DNA from: Intoshia linei
Lineage: Eukaryota > Animalia > Orthonectida
Direction of reading: 5' to 3'
Length of the DNA: 55,181 nucleotides
NCBI GenBank assembly: GCA_001642005.1
Contig: LWCA01000099.1
Coordinates: 1 to 55,181 of the forward strand
The notes beneath the pieces are model-generated. The model made no database searches. It saw nothing but the letters and a program-made list of their open reading frames with translations, and had not been told where the DNA came from. This document shows positions 1 through 13,787 of the stretch, piece after piece (within the stretch, counting starts at the first letter, position 1; every line of letters starts with the position of its first letter). The position numbers and the translations under genes were made by a program.

Positions 1-883
1 AGTATTTTCTGAAATGCTGGCCAATTCTTTTCCATTTAATATATTTGTTTTTTTGGGAACAAATAGGATGTAATTCAAATCATTCTCATATTTTAGTTTA
101 GTATCAGAAAATTTTATAATTGGTTCGCATTTGAATTCCCGTTTTTCTGTTCTTTTTATTTTGGATGGATGAATATTAATCATTTCGACTATATTTGATA
201 CTCTACCAACATTACAATCTGTATTACTTTGTTATTAAAAAAACTCTTTATCTTCCATACAAATAAATAAATTGGTTTTAATGTCGAATAATTTTCTCCA
301 TAAATTTTTAATATTTAATTTTTTGTTTTCCTCCTTTTTTTGTATTGTAATATTTATACATTTTAATGCAGGTATTTTCTTATTAATTTTCTTATAACCT
401 GTCTTATATCTTGATGAGGAATACTACATTTTTTTCACAAATTTATTAATTCAGTAGCAATTATTTTAACTGTTGATACAGCCTTTTGATATTTCAATAA
501 ATAGTGATAGCGTCCTAAAATATCAGCATTTGTAGCAAGACTGCTTTTCAAACAGAGAGGTTGATCAATAAAATTTCCATATGCACGGATTTTTGACATT
601 ATAACGATATTCAATTAAATTAAAAATAAATTATTGTTGTATGCTCAATAAACTTTTTAAACTTCAACTCAAATTTACAAAAAATAGTTAAACCAATAAA
701 ATTTTAAAAAAATTAATAAATATTAGTTACGATGAACGATAATATGTTTAAAACTTTAAGGGCATAGCCCCAACGTTTTTTTAAAAAACTGTAAAGCAAG
801 ATTAGGTGCAAATTGAAGACACAAAAATTGCTCATAAGATGAGTGGGTGTACTTTTGATATCAAATTTTGACTTACACCCCTA
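1..883 (-). mobile_element. Degenerate DNA transposon, 5' part (hAT superfamily, probably hATm-like); truncated at window edge
   Basis: Minus-strand frame from ATG ~599: MSKIRAYG..LATNADILGRYHYL..IATELINL*KKCSIP, resembling the 'V..IW.KASIP' N-terminus of such transposases, with in-frame stops. Terminus TAGGGGTGTAAG at ~883 next to GTATAC. Confidence 0.5.
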
Positions 884-894
884 GTATACATACA

Positions 895-1980
895 TTAGGG
901 TGTTTCAAAAAGTAGAAATTTTGCGAGTTTTTTGTTGAGGTAGGAAAAATTAAGCTAGTATTCATATTTTCGTAAAATTTATATTTAAAAATTGTAGATT
1001 ACTATGTAAAAATGACAATTTTTACAAAAGTTCAAAAGAAAGGGGTTTGCATATTTTCTTGTAAAGTATTCAAATTTTTTCGAAATTTTTAATTATATAA
1101 GTTCAATTTTTAAATGGCATCCATTATTAATTCTTTCCTCAAATTCATCAAATTTCTTGACCTTTCTTTGAGAATATTTAGTTTTGATAATGTTCTCTCG
1201 TAAAATTTCATTTGTTAGTCGAACATTTAGTTTTGGTTTAGAACTATATTTAGGTTTATTTAAGAACCCAATGCATTTTGAATTTCCATGAAGCGAAGTC
1301 ACTAATTTTTAGTAGCATTTTGATTGGGAATTTATAGATACGCTGTTTCCATGCTTCAAATCATAAATCCACAATAAAATCACAACATATTTCTAAACCG
1401 TTATCCGTACAACCAAGAATATACGCTTTCAAAGCTAAATTAGCATGTATGTTCCATCTAGAACTTGAGAGATTTGGAAATTTATTAAATTTTATTTTTA
1501 GTTTATTTCTAGAAACTTTTAACATTTTATAGGAATTAACTAATTTTTCTAATTCAGCATAATCGCCTCTACACCAAATAGTGCTTTGTGGTACATCAAT
1601 TTCTCCTACGTATTATTGACTAAGGTTGTCATAATTCGACATTAACCATGATACAAATGAGTAGTTAAAGTTTGGACTTAATGTAAAAGGGTCAAATATT
1701 CCATCCATGTATATTCTAAGGAGTCTATCCAATATATGGCGTTGGTACCCATAATACTCCACTTTTGTATTAAAAACATTATCATTGAGCATTTTTACAA
1801 CTCTATTTTTTTTGCTTTTTTCAATAAACTAACTGAGAAATCATAAAATGAAAACTTTAAACTTCAAGACTGGTTTTTTTTAATAAAAATTAGAAATATT
1901 AATATCATTCTGTAGAAAATTAAGCGGCGCTCATTTTCTATATATGTCATTTTTATATTAGAAAAATGAAATAACCCTAA
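895..1980 (-). mobile_element. Internally deleted DNA transposon with transposase pseudogene (hAT/hATm-like, C-terminal half)
   Basis: Termini TTAGGGTGTTTC (895) and GAAATAACCCTAA (1980). Broken minus frame EYYGYQRHILDRLLRIYMD..SPNFNYSFV..FPNLSSSRWNIHANLALKAYIL..CCDFIVDL*FEAW with stops and a frameshift. Confidence 0.6.
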
Positions 1981-2169
1981 TATACAATGTATATTATAAA
2001 TATGTACGTCCCACATAAAAATTATATGGAGCTTACTGCTGGCTCTCCACAGTCATGATAATGATGCTAGTCATTTTAAATTAAAACTTAAAGGAATTTC
2101 TGTACTTGAGAAAAATTTCAGTCCGTTAACCAGGAATTAACCTGCGATATACATATATGTATATCGTCA

Positions 2170-5100
2170 TACATTTTTTGGAAAACTAATTTTTATTAAA
2201 AGGGACCAAGATATGAAAAATTATCTAAAAAAAAGTATTGTGTATAATTGATATAATTATATATTATTTCGTCAGATTCTCTACTATTCCAAAATTATAA
2301 AAATCCTAACATTCACAAACTAATGAGAGAATGATGTACAATGCATAATGTATATTGTACAATGTACATATATTTGAAAATACATGTATAATTTTAGCTT
2401 CGACTATAAAAATTATCATATAGTTGTTGAAACTGATAATTCTGTGATTATGAATAATTGGAATAAACTGTCTATAGAAATAAAAAACGAAAACGCCTTT
2501 ATGCGTTTAAATATAGGACCCATCGCTCACAATAGCAAATATGTAATTTCCTATTAATTTTCAAAGTGTTTAGTGTTTATCAGTGACTGCGAAAAGTACA
2601 GAAAAATGATTAAATATTATACATCAATATAAATTAAAAATATATGTAGGTATGATAATAATCATGTATGATATTATTAATAAATTATAACAGTAAGGTT
2701 TATACATTGTGAAAAATTTTAACTGTTATAACAATTATAGATTTTTCTATTTTTTTTTAATTAGTAATGGGACATTTCCTAATATAAAAACGATTCTGAT
2801 ACTCAAAAATATTGAAAAACTTATAAATTAATAACTGAATTAAAACTAATGAATAAATTACCAGTTAACTCTTCAATCGAAAAAGCACATGCTCAACTTT
2901 CAAAAAAAATATAGAAATATACACACTGGTTCGATTATATTAATACGTAAATTCTAAAACAGAATCTTAAATTAAAAAATTTTCAAGTTTCTTTTCTGAC
3001 CGTGTTGCAGAACTTAATTAAGAACATGCAACATATCAGAAAATTTCATCTTATAGCGGCCCATCAATTTGAAATCGTTTTCTAGATTACAAATAAACCA
3101 TACTGGTATATTATAATACATTTAAGTGTAAAAAACAAACATGTGTATTACTTACATTGTACATTATATTATTTATAGTGTTAACCCAGTGCTTCCAAAA
3201 TGGTGCGCCGGCAGCTGAATCTCATTTTTTTAAAAATTCGATTATTTATTTTAACGATCTATTATTTAAAATTATAAAAATGTCCATTTAATACATAGTC
3301 GGCAATCAGTGACCCACAGTAAATGTGTAAATTATTTATTTTTAAATTTTTGAACTTTTAAACACTTTTCTACCATAATTGGCTCATTTTAATGATTTTA
3401 ACTCTGAATTTTCAGATCTCCCTGTATATTATTTTGTTGAATATACTAGAACCGTTTCTCTTCAGTTAAAATTAAAATTCATGTGTAAATTTTATAAAAC
3501 GAGCCCAGTATAATTTTTTGATAAAAAAGTGGCCCACGAGATGCAAAAAGTTTCCGACCACTGATTTAATGTTTAAAGTACATACATTTTATAAATACAC
3601 TTAAACAAACTTTAATATATTTTTCTGTAATTATAATTATTTCAAAATTTTCATTATAAAAAAAATTATAAAATATTGCATTTCAGGGAACCTTATTAAA
3701 AATGTTCGAGAACGACTGTGATAATACATATTTACAAAAATATAAATATATTTAATGTATATAATGCGCGGAAATTTTTGTATTTATATTTTGGTGCGCC
3801 GCGAACATAAACAGTTTATGAAGCACTGTGTTAACTGTTAACTAGATCTAAGAGTTCGGAAAAATGTATATTCAATTTAATGAATTTAGCGTTTAATTAA
3901 AAGTAAAAGTTTACCAGAATACTATTCTTTAATACCCGGTTTGTATATTGGAGGGTTCAACAATATTAAATTTATTCAAAATCTTCTTTCAATAAGACAT
4001 GTGGCTTACAAAGGATGTGTAAGCCTAGTACAAATCAATAAATTAAACATGTACAATCTTTGGTATAATGCCAAAAGCACCGAGAATGTTGGTATAAAAT
4101 ATATTTTATTTTTAATTTGAAAATTGTAAATTCTATCCAGCCTTACTAAAGAATCTACTCAAATAGAGCAATGTTTCTAAGCATATTTTTAATATATACA
4201 AGGTAGTCAACAGAGTTCCATCTAATGCTTTTTAATTTAAATATATTATTTCATCTAACTCGGTTTTTCTGAGAAATGCAGCAAACTTATTTTTTCAACG
4301 TAAAAATTATACATTAAGGCGTCTCATAAAAAATAAATAATCATATTTTAAAAAAAAATAATTTTTTTAACATCGAAATAAGGAGGAAAATTAGATAGTT
4401 GACCCTATTTTTTATTACTAGTATCGTATTGAATTTTATGGTCGTCTTTTCGTCATATTTAACCTAGAGTTGAATTGGCGGCCAAACCAAATTAATTTAA
4501 AAGTTTAGTATTTATTTACACGTTACTTATGTTAAATTTAAAACTTTATATATATAATATAGTCCAAGTCCTTATTAACGGAATTTTTGTTAGCGGAAAT
4601 TCCATTTTAACTAAATTGATTTTTTGTTTGGAGATTTGTATGAACTAAAAATTCCAAAATTTTATCTCTAAACCTCTATAATCTATTTTTAATGACTATC
4701 ATAAATATAAACTCACTTTTTAAATAATTACAAGTCAATTTATTACGTTTTTTATTAAATTTTTAATAGATATTACATTAGATGACGTCAATTAGAAATA
4801 ATTACTATCATTGCGGAAATATTATTTTATTTGTGTAAATAATTTAAAATTTATAAAAATTTTTATGGACCCAAAAAATTGCTGTGGACCAAGGGTCTAC
4901 AAGGACCTGTTGAGTATATTTTGTGTATATTACGTGGTAATGTATTATTCGAACACTCATAATAACAATAAATATGACCATTTAATGGTTTTTATTTAAA
5001 AAAATTAAATTCCGTTAACAAGTACAATATTATAGGGAAAATTCCATATTAACGGAATTTCCAAATTTTCACTTCCGTTAATAAAGACTTATACGGTATA

Positions 5101-7895
5101 TAAATATTTAAAGGAACTTGCCATCAAGACACATTTTTTTTTGAAATGATGGATAAAAATTCTAAAAAAAATTGTACAAAAAACACGTCAATTTACTCAA
5201 AAAGATTAGAAAAATGTACATGTATGATGGGATATATTGGATCCAACTGTGAAAAAAGTATTACATCTATATATTAATAATTTTTTTGGTATGTCATTAA
5301 TGTTTCTGAACAGTCGCACAATATGACTAAGATGACTAAATACCTACCCTGATTAATGTTAAATAATTAAAAATAAATATTTAGAAGTAAAAATAACAAA
5401 TCCATATTTTAACGGAAAATCTACAAATCTGTGTATCACATTCGATAACATTTCAACACTGGAAAATATCTACTATTTTCAGTTTGACATTAAATTGATG
5501 GAATTAAAAAATAGTGTTATTTTCACAATGTGGAGTCATTTGAAAAATAATACACATATAATTGTTTCTGTTCAAGATAATTGCCTAATACTCAACGTGA
5601 AAAACCCAAATAATTTAATAAAGTAATATAAAATAAAATTATATAAATATTTACTTGTATAATATGCTACGAGATTTTTGTTTGTGTGTGTGTTCCACTT
5701 TATTTAAATAACTACCCGTCTTAGAATTTTATAAAATCCACATTTTAATTACAGTTTTTTCCGGGGGTGTTCGCAAACATACTTTCAACCTCCCAAACTC
5801 ACATCTTACAGGTCAAAAACCCCAATTATCCTTTTTTTTGAAATTCAAACGAGTTAAAGAAATTCAAAAAATATATACGCTGATACGGATTTTAAAATTA
5901 TAAACATTATCATAAATTTAAATTTAAAAAAATTATATCTTCAGGGCCAAAACCCTAAATTACCCTTGTTTTTATAAAAAAAGCCCTAGAATTTAAAAAA
6001 ATTACAGGTGGTACAATTGTATCCTGTTAACACACACAAAAAATTTCAATCCGAATAAGTGATGACTTGACGGTCAAAAAAGTATTTTAGTATTCATATA
6101 TTTTTTTTCCGAAACATTTTATTAACAACACTAAATTAAAAACAAGTAAATTAAAACAAAAAATGTGAAATAATTAAATAATTGATTTTTAAGTTAGATT
6201 TTCAACGTGAATTTATTTTTTAAGTATAATAAAAATGTGTCCTCGGCAGATCTAAATCCTGGTGTACGTACTACATAACAGTCAACCTAGTTATAATATA
6301 AAACCCAAAATGAATGAGTCAGAATCAAAAATTTGACAAGCCCTAGAAATAATATAATAGCAATAGGTAATAAAATATTATATTATGAATATAAAAATGA
6401 ACTGTCACACTATGATCAAGAATTGAACTTTATACTTGAAAAAAATCTAAATTTTCCCCATAAACTAAAATCCAATTCAAACCATCCTGTAAATTTAATT
6501 TTTTAGCTTAAATAATAATTGTGAATAGATATTCAAAAAAATTAAAAGAAAAGACATGGTACAATGTATTAATTCTATTATCAGAAAATGAAATTGTAGT
6601 AAAACTGAATTTTATCAAAATTATACAATACCGCATTTATAAAATGATTATATCAACCTACAAAATTTGTATGGGACAAGTAAATTTGAACCAAAAAAAA
6701 TCAGATAGAAACGATGAAAACCATCCTCAAAAATTGAAAATATTCCAAAACTTTACACCAATGCATGCATGCGTTCAAAATGTATTAAAAAAACTTTTAT
6801 TTCATAATTTAAAATTTAACCGATTAAATTAAATTCTAGATTCACTGGAATGATGCCAACTTGCTAAATAATTCAAACAATAAAAGCATAATAGGACAAG
6901 ACGTCACAAATTGCCAACACCAGTGTAACCACGATAAAATGTGTAACATTTTGGGTAAAAATACTGGAAATTGCGTGTACAGCCTAGATCAATTTCAGTG
7001 TAATTGTCGATTTGGGTATAATGGAAAATATTGTGAAATTGGTAAAATTTTAATATTTACTAACCCTCATGAAAAATCAATTTCATCAAATGATAAACTA
7101 ATTCATTTTAACCATACCACAATAATACTTTTGTGCAGTGTCGTTTTCGTAAAAGTTTGGTACAATTAAGACAGTAACATCCAGTTTTGTAACGGTATAT
7201 TTTAGAATCAAAATCATCAAATTACATATATTTTTGGAAAAATAGTTTTTTAAAATTATCAAATCCTGAAATTTTACAGTAATACAACCATTTTAATATA
7301 TACTGAAAATATTTACAGATATATCTCGAATAAGCACTGTATACTTGATCTACATGTCAACTTTATGACCATGCGAGACAGAGGAATTATTTACTTACTA
7401 AAAAGTAAAAATTCTCTAAAATACATCATGATATCTATATATAATGGACACTTGATATATACATATCAAGCAGAAAACGTAAAAAAATATATAATTGTGC
7501 ACTCTCAAAAAATAATCAAATACGAGTGGAATTCTCTAAATATATACTGGTACCTTAAAATCAATTTATTAATGTTATATAAAACATTTAGTAAAAGTAA
7601 TCATATTTTGATTAGACTGAACAACAGAATAACAAAATTGAAAATTCAAATGAACCACGATATAATTTTTTACATAGGTTATCATCAAAAAATTTAAACG
7701 TTAAAATTGATTTCATTATTTGTAGGTGGAGTCAGCTCTTTTCTACAAAAAAAATTGGGATTAAAATATAATCAAGGATTATGTGGAAAAATGAAAAATT
7801 TTTACATAAACAATAATTACACTAATGATAAAGTTTTAAATGAAATAAAAATATTTAATATGGCAGATACGACACAAAATATAAACATTGTTTAA
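2170..7895 (+). CDS. Laminin-G/EGF repeat extracellular protein (LamG-EGF-LamG-EGF-LamG; pikachurin/EYS/agrin-C-terminal-like); 5' end uncertain
   Basis: Phase-compatible exons at about 2170-2234, 2277-2335, 2388-2542, 3890-4091 (GLYIGG..YKGCV), 5114-5257 (CTCMMGYIGSNCEK), 5385-5622 (NPYFNG), 6530-6781, 6840-7041 (CNCRFGYNGKYCE) and 7171-7895 (FYIGGV..GLCG). Stop TAA at 7893-7895. Confidence 0.75.
3187..3828. mobile_element. hAT-type MITE with a second hAT MITE nested at 3294-3563
   Basis: Outer TIR CAGTGCTTC..GAAGCACTG with 8-bp TSD TGTTAACC/TGTTAACT. Inner element ends CCGACCACTG with TSD ATTTAATA/ATTTAATG; the inner family recurs at ~10472, ~30567 and ~43507. Confidence 0.8.
4560..5096. 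mobile_element. Tc1/mariner-pogo-type MITE
   Basis: 24-bp TIRs TAGTCCAAGTCCTTATTAACGGAA / TTCCGTTAATAAAGACTTATACGG flanked by TA; internal TTAACGGAA repeats. Confidence 0.75.
5650..6290 (+). mobile_element. Dispersed ~640-bp repeat, putative non-autonomous Helitron
   Basis: 5' TG-microsatellite and 3' end CAGTCAACCTAG|T. Homologous copies at ~9620-9785, 35830-36831 and 44020-44250, and inverted at 46990-47545 and 51350-51970. Confidence 0.6.
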
Positions 7896-7903
7896 AATAA
7901 AAC

Positions 7904-10900
7904 TTACATTATCAATTTATTGTATAATTTGAGTATTTTAAATGGATTTCGAGTACAATACATTTCATATGTATTGGGGTGATTCACTCGAAACTAAATA
8001 AAAATATTAAACATTACAAAGGAAAACATGAAAATGTATACAAAATTTGAATCTAAGTTCGGTTTTTCGTTAATTGTTTAACCAAAAAAAAAAAAACCCA
8101 TTTTTTAATAATTTACATGTTCAATTAAAGGGAAATAACTTATATATTCCTTTAATGATTGGAAAAATAAATCTTAAATGTTCCTTTTATAATTTCTTTA
8201 AAAATTCCATACAAACTACAAAATACGAAATAAACGATCATTTTCTAGATAATGGAATTAGATGACACATCTGCATATTGTCAATTAATTAGTCTATTTT
8301 TAATTCAAAATAAATTTAAACCATTTTTATTTTGACCATTTTTTCTTGAAAAGTAATAATATTATTATCAATAATAGAATCTAAAAGCATAATTAACGAC
8401 ATTGTTGTATTTTTTTGTCGTTCTTGTTCAAACTCTTGTGGACAAATTTGTTGACAATAACTCCAAATATTGTCTTTTAAGTCCGTTTTAGATTTAGATT
8501 TTTTTTTAAATTCCTCGTCGTCTTCTTTTAAAGTCTTTTTTGAGCGAATTCTCTTTTGAAGGGGTTCATAAATAGTAAAAATTGAATGACACTTTCTAAC
8601 AATAACATCGATAAATAATCTCAAAACACATGGTTCGATTTCTTCAACACAACTGATTTTATCGAAAAATAACAGCATACACCACCCGAGAAACTAAATT
8701 AAAAATGTAATGCATAATTTATTAATTATTTGTAGACCCACAATTTTTAAAATGGGATACACAGCTGTATAATATACAAAGAGCCGAACCTACCATACCT
8801 CAAATAGAAACAAAAACTAAATGTTTTGCAAATGATATGTAACGTCATACACTCTAACCACCTCTCCATGGCTCTGAACTTGCAATTGAAATTTGACATT
8901 TAATGATATTTTTTTAAAGACCGATTTTGAAAACATGAAAAAATAAGTTTCAATTTAAAAATTTCTTGAAAAAAATTTTCCTCTCCCAGAATAGGTGTCG
9001 GCTTTAAGAATAAATCTGTTAAAAAATTAAATATTACTTCAGCATTATTATCATGCAACGAATATGAATCTGATACCATGTAGTGAGATACAATGTCCAA
9101 TATTGAATATGCTCGGTTTCTTTCTTCAATGCTTAGAGATACTAATATTAGTTGAAGGTAAGACGTTATATTTTCATCAATCAAATATAACAATAACACA
9201 TCAGACAATGTGGATTCTGTTTGATTATTTGTCTTTGGCTAAAATATCAATTTAATCAATTCTTTAAAAATAAGTGGCTCCACGAAACAATATAATATTA
9301 GATTAAAATTCACACCTCGAAAAAATATTTAAATAATAAACTTTACCAATTTAAGACGTTGAAAACCATCAAATTGAGATTCAGAAATTATAGAAACTAT
9401 ATCCTTTTGACCGAAATCAATAAAACTCATTGAAGCAAGTTGTTTCATGTTTTTTCCACTCTTTTTCAGATTTCGGCGTACATTATTGATAGAAGTACGT
9501 TCAGTATTAAAACCATTCTCATCTAAAATATAATCATCATTTTAGATACATGATTCTCAACTCTTTTCTACTACTACATGTACTACATTACCCACAATAT
9601 TTTTATAATGTGAATTTAAATGTCTTAAAATTTTATAAAGTCCACATTTCTATTACAGTTTTTTTTCGAGTGTAAAAGTAAGATAAATTTCAAACTCCCA
9701 AACTCACATCTTACAGGTCAAAAAGCCCAATTATCCTTTTTTTTGAAAATCAAACGAGTTGGAGAATTTAAAAAAATATACACTCTTACTATACTATACA
9801 AAATACTAAAAACTTTTTTAAGGTTTCGATTAATGATAATGCTTATGATTTTAATAACTATCAAAGAATGTATGTTTTTTTAAAATTTTGGGTTTATTTA
9901 ATTTTTAAAAAAAGAGCAAATTGGGTTTTTGACGCTCAAGAACTAAATTTTAATAAATAAAACTTAATTAAAACCACAAATTTCGCGATTACTCATGATA
10001 TATATCAAATTACCCACATATATGGAAAAAATTGTTTTAAATACATGCTTCTCAAAAACTTTTTACTTTTATTTATTAAACCAGTAATGTTCAACTTTTT
10101 TAACATGTGAATATCTGAAATTTAGTTCATCAGTAGTATACAAGATAATTCTGTATATTAAGTTCGCAAGTTACGACTCGCGGGCAAAGTCTGATCTTAT
10201 TTTATTGAGGTTACTAATATAATCAAAATTTAAAAAAATTAAATAACATTAGTACCAATAAAAATCAAATCACAATTGTTTTTTTTTGATTGAACAAATT
10301 CTAAAATTGACTTGAACTTTTTGAAGAATCTCATACAAGTACAAAAAATGCAAAAACATTGTTTTAGATATTCTACCCTACCCAAAAAAATTACCAATCC
10401 ATGTTTTACATCAGATAACCTCAACCATTTAAAATTACATTGTAGGTTACTAATTTTTTAATGCAGTAGACTAGGGGTCTGCAACCAGTGCCGACAGAAT
10501 AATTTTGGTGGTCCTTTAAGTAGATATGCCAATTTTTCATTAATTTCTTTCATTTTCTTTAATATTAATTTTGGGTGTCTACTTAAATCCAACCATTTTT
10601 AATAAAAATCATAATTTACCAACACTAAAAGGAAAAATCCAGTTTTACCAACCCTAAAAGAAAAAATTCGGTTTTAAAAATCCTTTAGAGAAAATTCCAG
10701 TGTTACCAACCTTAAAACGAAAATTTTAGTTTTACCAACCTTTAAGGGAAAAATCCAGTTGTACAGAATTGCGGAGTATCCCATAAAAACTCAATATCAC
10801 AAACACAACAAAATGAAGTTCTCAAATAGAAACATTAGTGATAAACAAGTTATCCTGGAAGAATCAGATTCAATCAAAGTTTTCACGTGAAACCAACAGT

Positions 10901-13787
10901 TAACCCATATGGTGGAACTACTAAGGGTTTCCATAGTTTTTTAATATGCCTTGCCTTCGTCAGTCGTAATTATTTAAATTATACACTGTTTACCTTTCTT
11001 TTTGCATGTCTGTTTCAAAAAATTCAGCCCTTCAAGCATGCTGTTTGCATTTTTTTTCACATAAAAGTTTGTTAAAAGTGAGTTTTCCCATAAGGGTTGG
11101 TATTATTGGGATTTTTCCCTTAAAGGTTGGTAAAACTGGAATTTTCCCTAAAGAGCTTTTAAAACCGAATTTTTCTATTAAAGGTTGCTAAAAGTGGGTT
11201 TTCCCATAAGGGTTGGTAAAATTTGGATTTTTCTTTAGTGGTTTGTAAAAGTGGATTTTTAATAAAAATGGTTGGGTTTAAGAATATTCTCATTAATTAT
11301 AATCATTTTAATTCAGAATTTTCAGATGGCCGGTATATTATTTTGTTTAATATATTAGAACCATTTCTCTTGAGTTAAAATTAAAATGTATAATGTGTAA
11401 ATTTTGAAAAAAGGGCCGTAGAATTTTTTGGTATAAAAAAGTGGTCCATGAGACGCAAAAGGTTGCAGACCCCTGTAGTAGATCTCTCCAATTGTATCGT
11501 ATTGTAACTCGTATTGGTCATGTACCTCCGTGAAATCATCTTAAATTTTTATAAAATAATGATAAATTCACAGATGTTTTCGCTGGTTGAGAACACTGAA
11601 ATATTTAGTACCGACTAAATCTGAAAGGACTTTCATTTTCCGCTAATGATTATGTTATTATTACTTGACAATGAACAAAAAAATCAATAATTTTTAAAAA
11701 GCGCGTTAAAATATAAATTTTAAATTAATCTAAGAAAATTAATCTGTTGACTCTGAGGTTCATTACATAATTAAAATTACGTTTAATTTCAATATCATTT
11801 TCTAACGCATTCTTAACAAATTGAACGTGTATAGAGTCATCTAAAATTGAATTTATCCTATTTGATGTATTTCCATTAGACAAAATAGATAATTGAAGTG
11901 ATTGAAAAGAATCATCCTGATGATTCAAAATTTTTATTTTGTTTAGATCCAACTTTTCCTTCTTCGACAAGTTACCATTTACGGATTTAATGTATGATGC
12001 AGGCGAAATGAATGGATCGGAGACTTGATTTAAAAAACTTTTTTTACCAATATTAGCTTTTTTTTTCTTTTCTAAAGAATCTAAAATATAAAACTAAAAT
12101 ATAAATATTTTCAACAAAATAAAAATTTAAAAAAGTTAAATAACTTGTATTGATTTAGGTTTAAAAATTTTTATGTTTTCGACCCTACGATTATAATAAA
12201 TATTGATTCAATTAATGTTTGTAAAAATAACCATGTTTTTTTGAGTTTAGTCTTTTTTTCAAAGTAGAATTTACAGAACAAGCTGAAAAAGCTCGCTTTA
12301 AAGTAGAAATATTAGATTTTGAGCTACTCTTTGAATCACGATTTTTCAAATGGTAACTTGAACTACTTTTGCCTATATTTTCAATGTTATTTTTACGACT
12401 AGGTCCCATTAAAGCATTAGATGAATTGTTGGATAACCTTAAAGGTATCATCATCTTTTTAGAATTACATTCTCTTGATTTTTTCATTTTACTTTGATAA
12501 TTTTTGGAAATAAAATTTAGTGGGTGTTTTTCATTTTTATAGTTAGTTTGCTCTAAATATTGGTAGTGGGTAGAATTTAAAATGGACGCTAAACATTCAT
12601 TAAAATTCAATAATAACAGATACAATACCCAAATTAACAACTAAAATATTTTGAACATGTTCGGGGAAAAGGTTGCCACCAAATATAGATCTGATTTCAA
12701 ACACCAGATTGTATTTTTCATCAATGGTAATATCTGAAAAGTAGTGAATTAATTAATAAACAAATTAACATGTAAATAATAAATTGTCCAACCTTCAAAC
12801 AATTTATGAATCAATTTGTTCAATTGGCGAATAGTTCGATCAGTATAAACTTTGGGTTCTTTAAAAGGAGGAGATTCGTTAACAGAATTTAAAACTTGTC
12901 GAAAATTTTCCTTGGATTCGCACAGAGTCAAATAATTGGCACTCACATGTGCAATTTTCAGAGTTTTACAAAAACTAATTAAACAACAATTAAAATATGA
13001 TATTTAAACGGTACTTTTCATAAGTTTCTTTCCAAACTTCCCAGCAAGTGTCAGACGACAGTATAACATCGCAAGTATGTTTACGTTTCCTACTAGACAA
13101 TTCTTTTGGATCGGTAATATTTTTAGTTAAAATTTTGACACGTTTGCTTATTTGTGATGTGATTGTGGAATTATTGAGAACAGAAATAATTGCATTCTTT
13201 TTGTCTTGACTTTTGGAAACTTTTGATAAATATTCAGGTTTTCGCACAGTAGCACCCCGTAAAAGTTTTATGGCCTTTGACTTGAGATTATTTTCGCTAC
13301 CTGATGCTTCTTTGGGTGGATTATCCGTAGGTTTAATATTTCCATTATTTTGTATGTAATTGTTACTAAATCTAAATTAATTAATATATTATTAACATTA
13401 TTATTGTAACCTGTATAAATAATTGTTATCATCAAATTTGATGTTCCTTTTATAAGGCCAGACTTTAACTATTATACCTTCGTCCAAAAAATATTGCATT
13501 AGACGCATCGTTTGACCTCTATGTAAAATACATAAAAAAATAATTGAGATTAACCTTTCAATTTTTTTATTTTCGTATCTGGGCATATTACTAAGATAAT
13601 CTAAAAGAAATGTGATTACGTTTGATGCCATAAAGCAGTCATCAAAATTTTGCATCATTCTACGGTATCTGGAACGAGGAAAATTATTATAAACTATACC
13701 AATCAATTCATCCCACTAAATTTGACTTAAAATTTGTTTAATTTTGTTTACTAATTTTGTAGCTTCAAATTGTTGGCATTGTGTCAT
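7904..13787 (-). CDS. DEPDC1: DEP domain-containing protein 1 (DEPDC1/DEPDC1B family; DEP + RhoGAP-like), multi-exon
   Basis: Spliced N-terminus MTQCQQFEATKL|WDELIG..FDDCFMAS..ERGQTMRLMQYFLDEG..FDDNNYLYRF matches DEPDC1 'YRATKLWNEV..NCFTA..TRQQTIQLL..DDNNQLFRF'. C-terminus WSYCQQICPQEFEQERQ..LLDSIIDN..|FRVNHPNTY. Confidence 0.85.
10472..11475. mobile_element. hAT MITE interrupted by a foldback-like element (10580-11290), in a DEPDC1 intron
   Basis: TIR TAGGGGTCTGCAACC / GGTTGCAGACCCCTG with TSD CAGTAGAC/TAGTAGAT. The inner element has long inverted arms built from ~31-bp tandem units (AAGGGAAAAATCCAGTTTTACCAACC). Confidence 0.75.

Noticed and set aside
430-445. In-frame TGA at Trp-like positions (also ~1360, ~2608 and 40910), suggesting an alternative genetic code or readthrough
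   Set aside because: Intact genes use TGG for Trp and end in TGA (WDR82, ELOC, PIG-B) or TAA. The cases lie in transposon relics, introns or a probable pseudogene.
10600-11260. ~31-bp periodic repeats resembling a CRISPR array
   Set aside because: No unique spacers, arranged as inverted arms, eukaryotic context and no cas genes.
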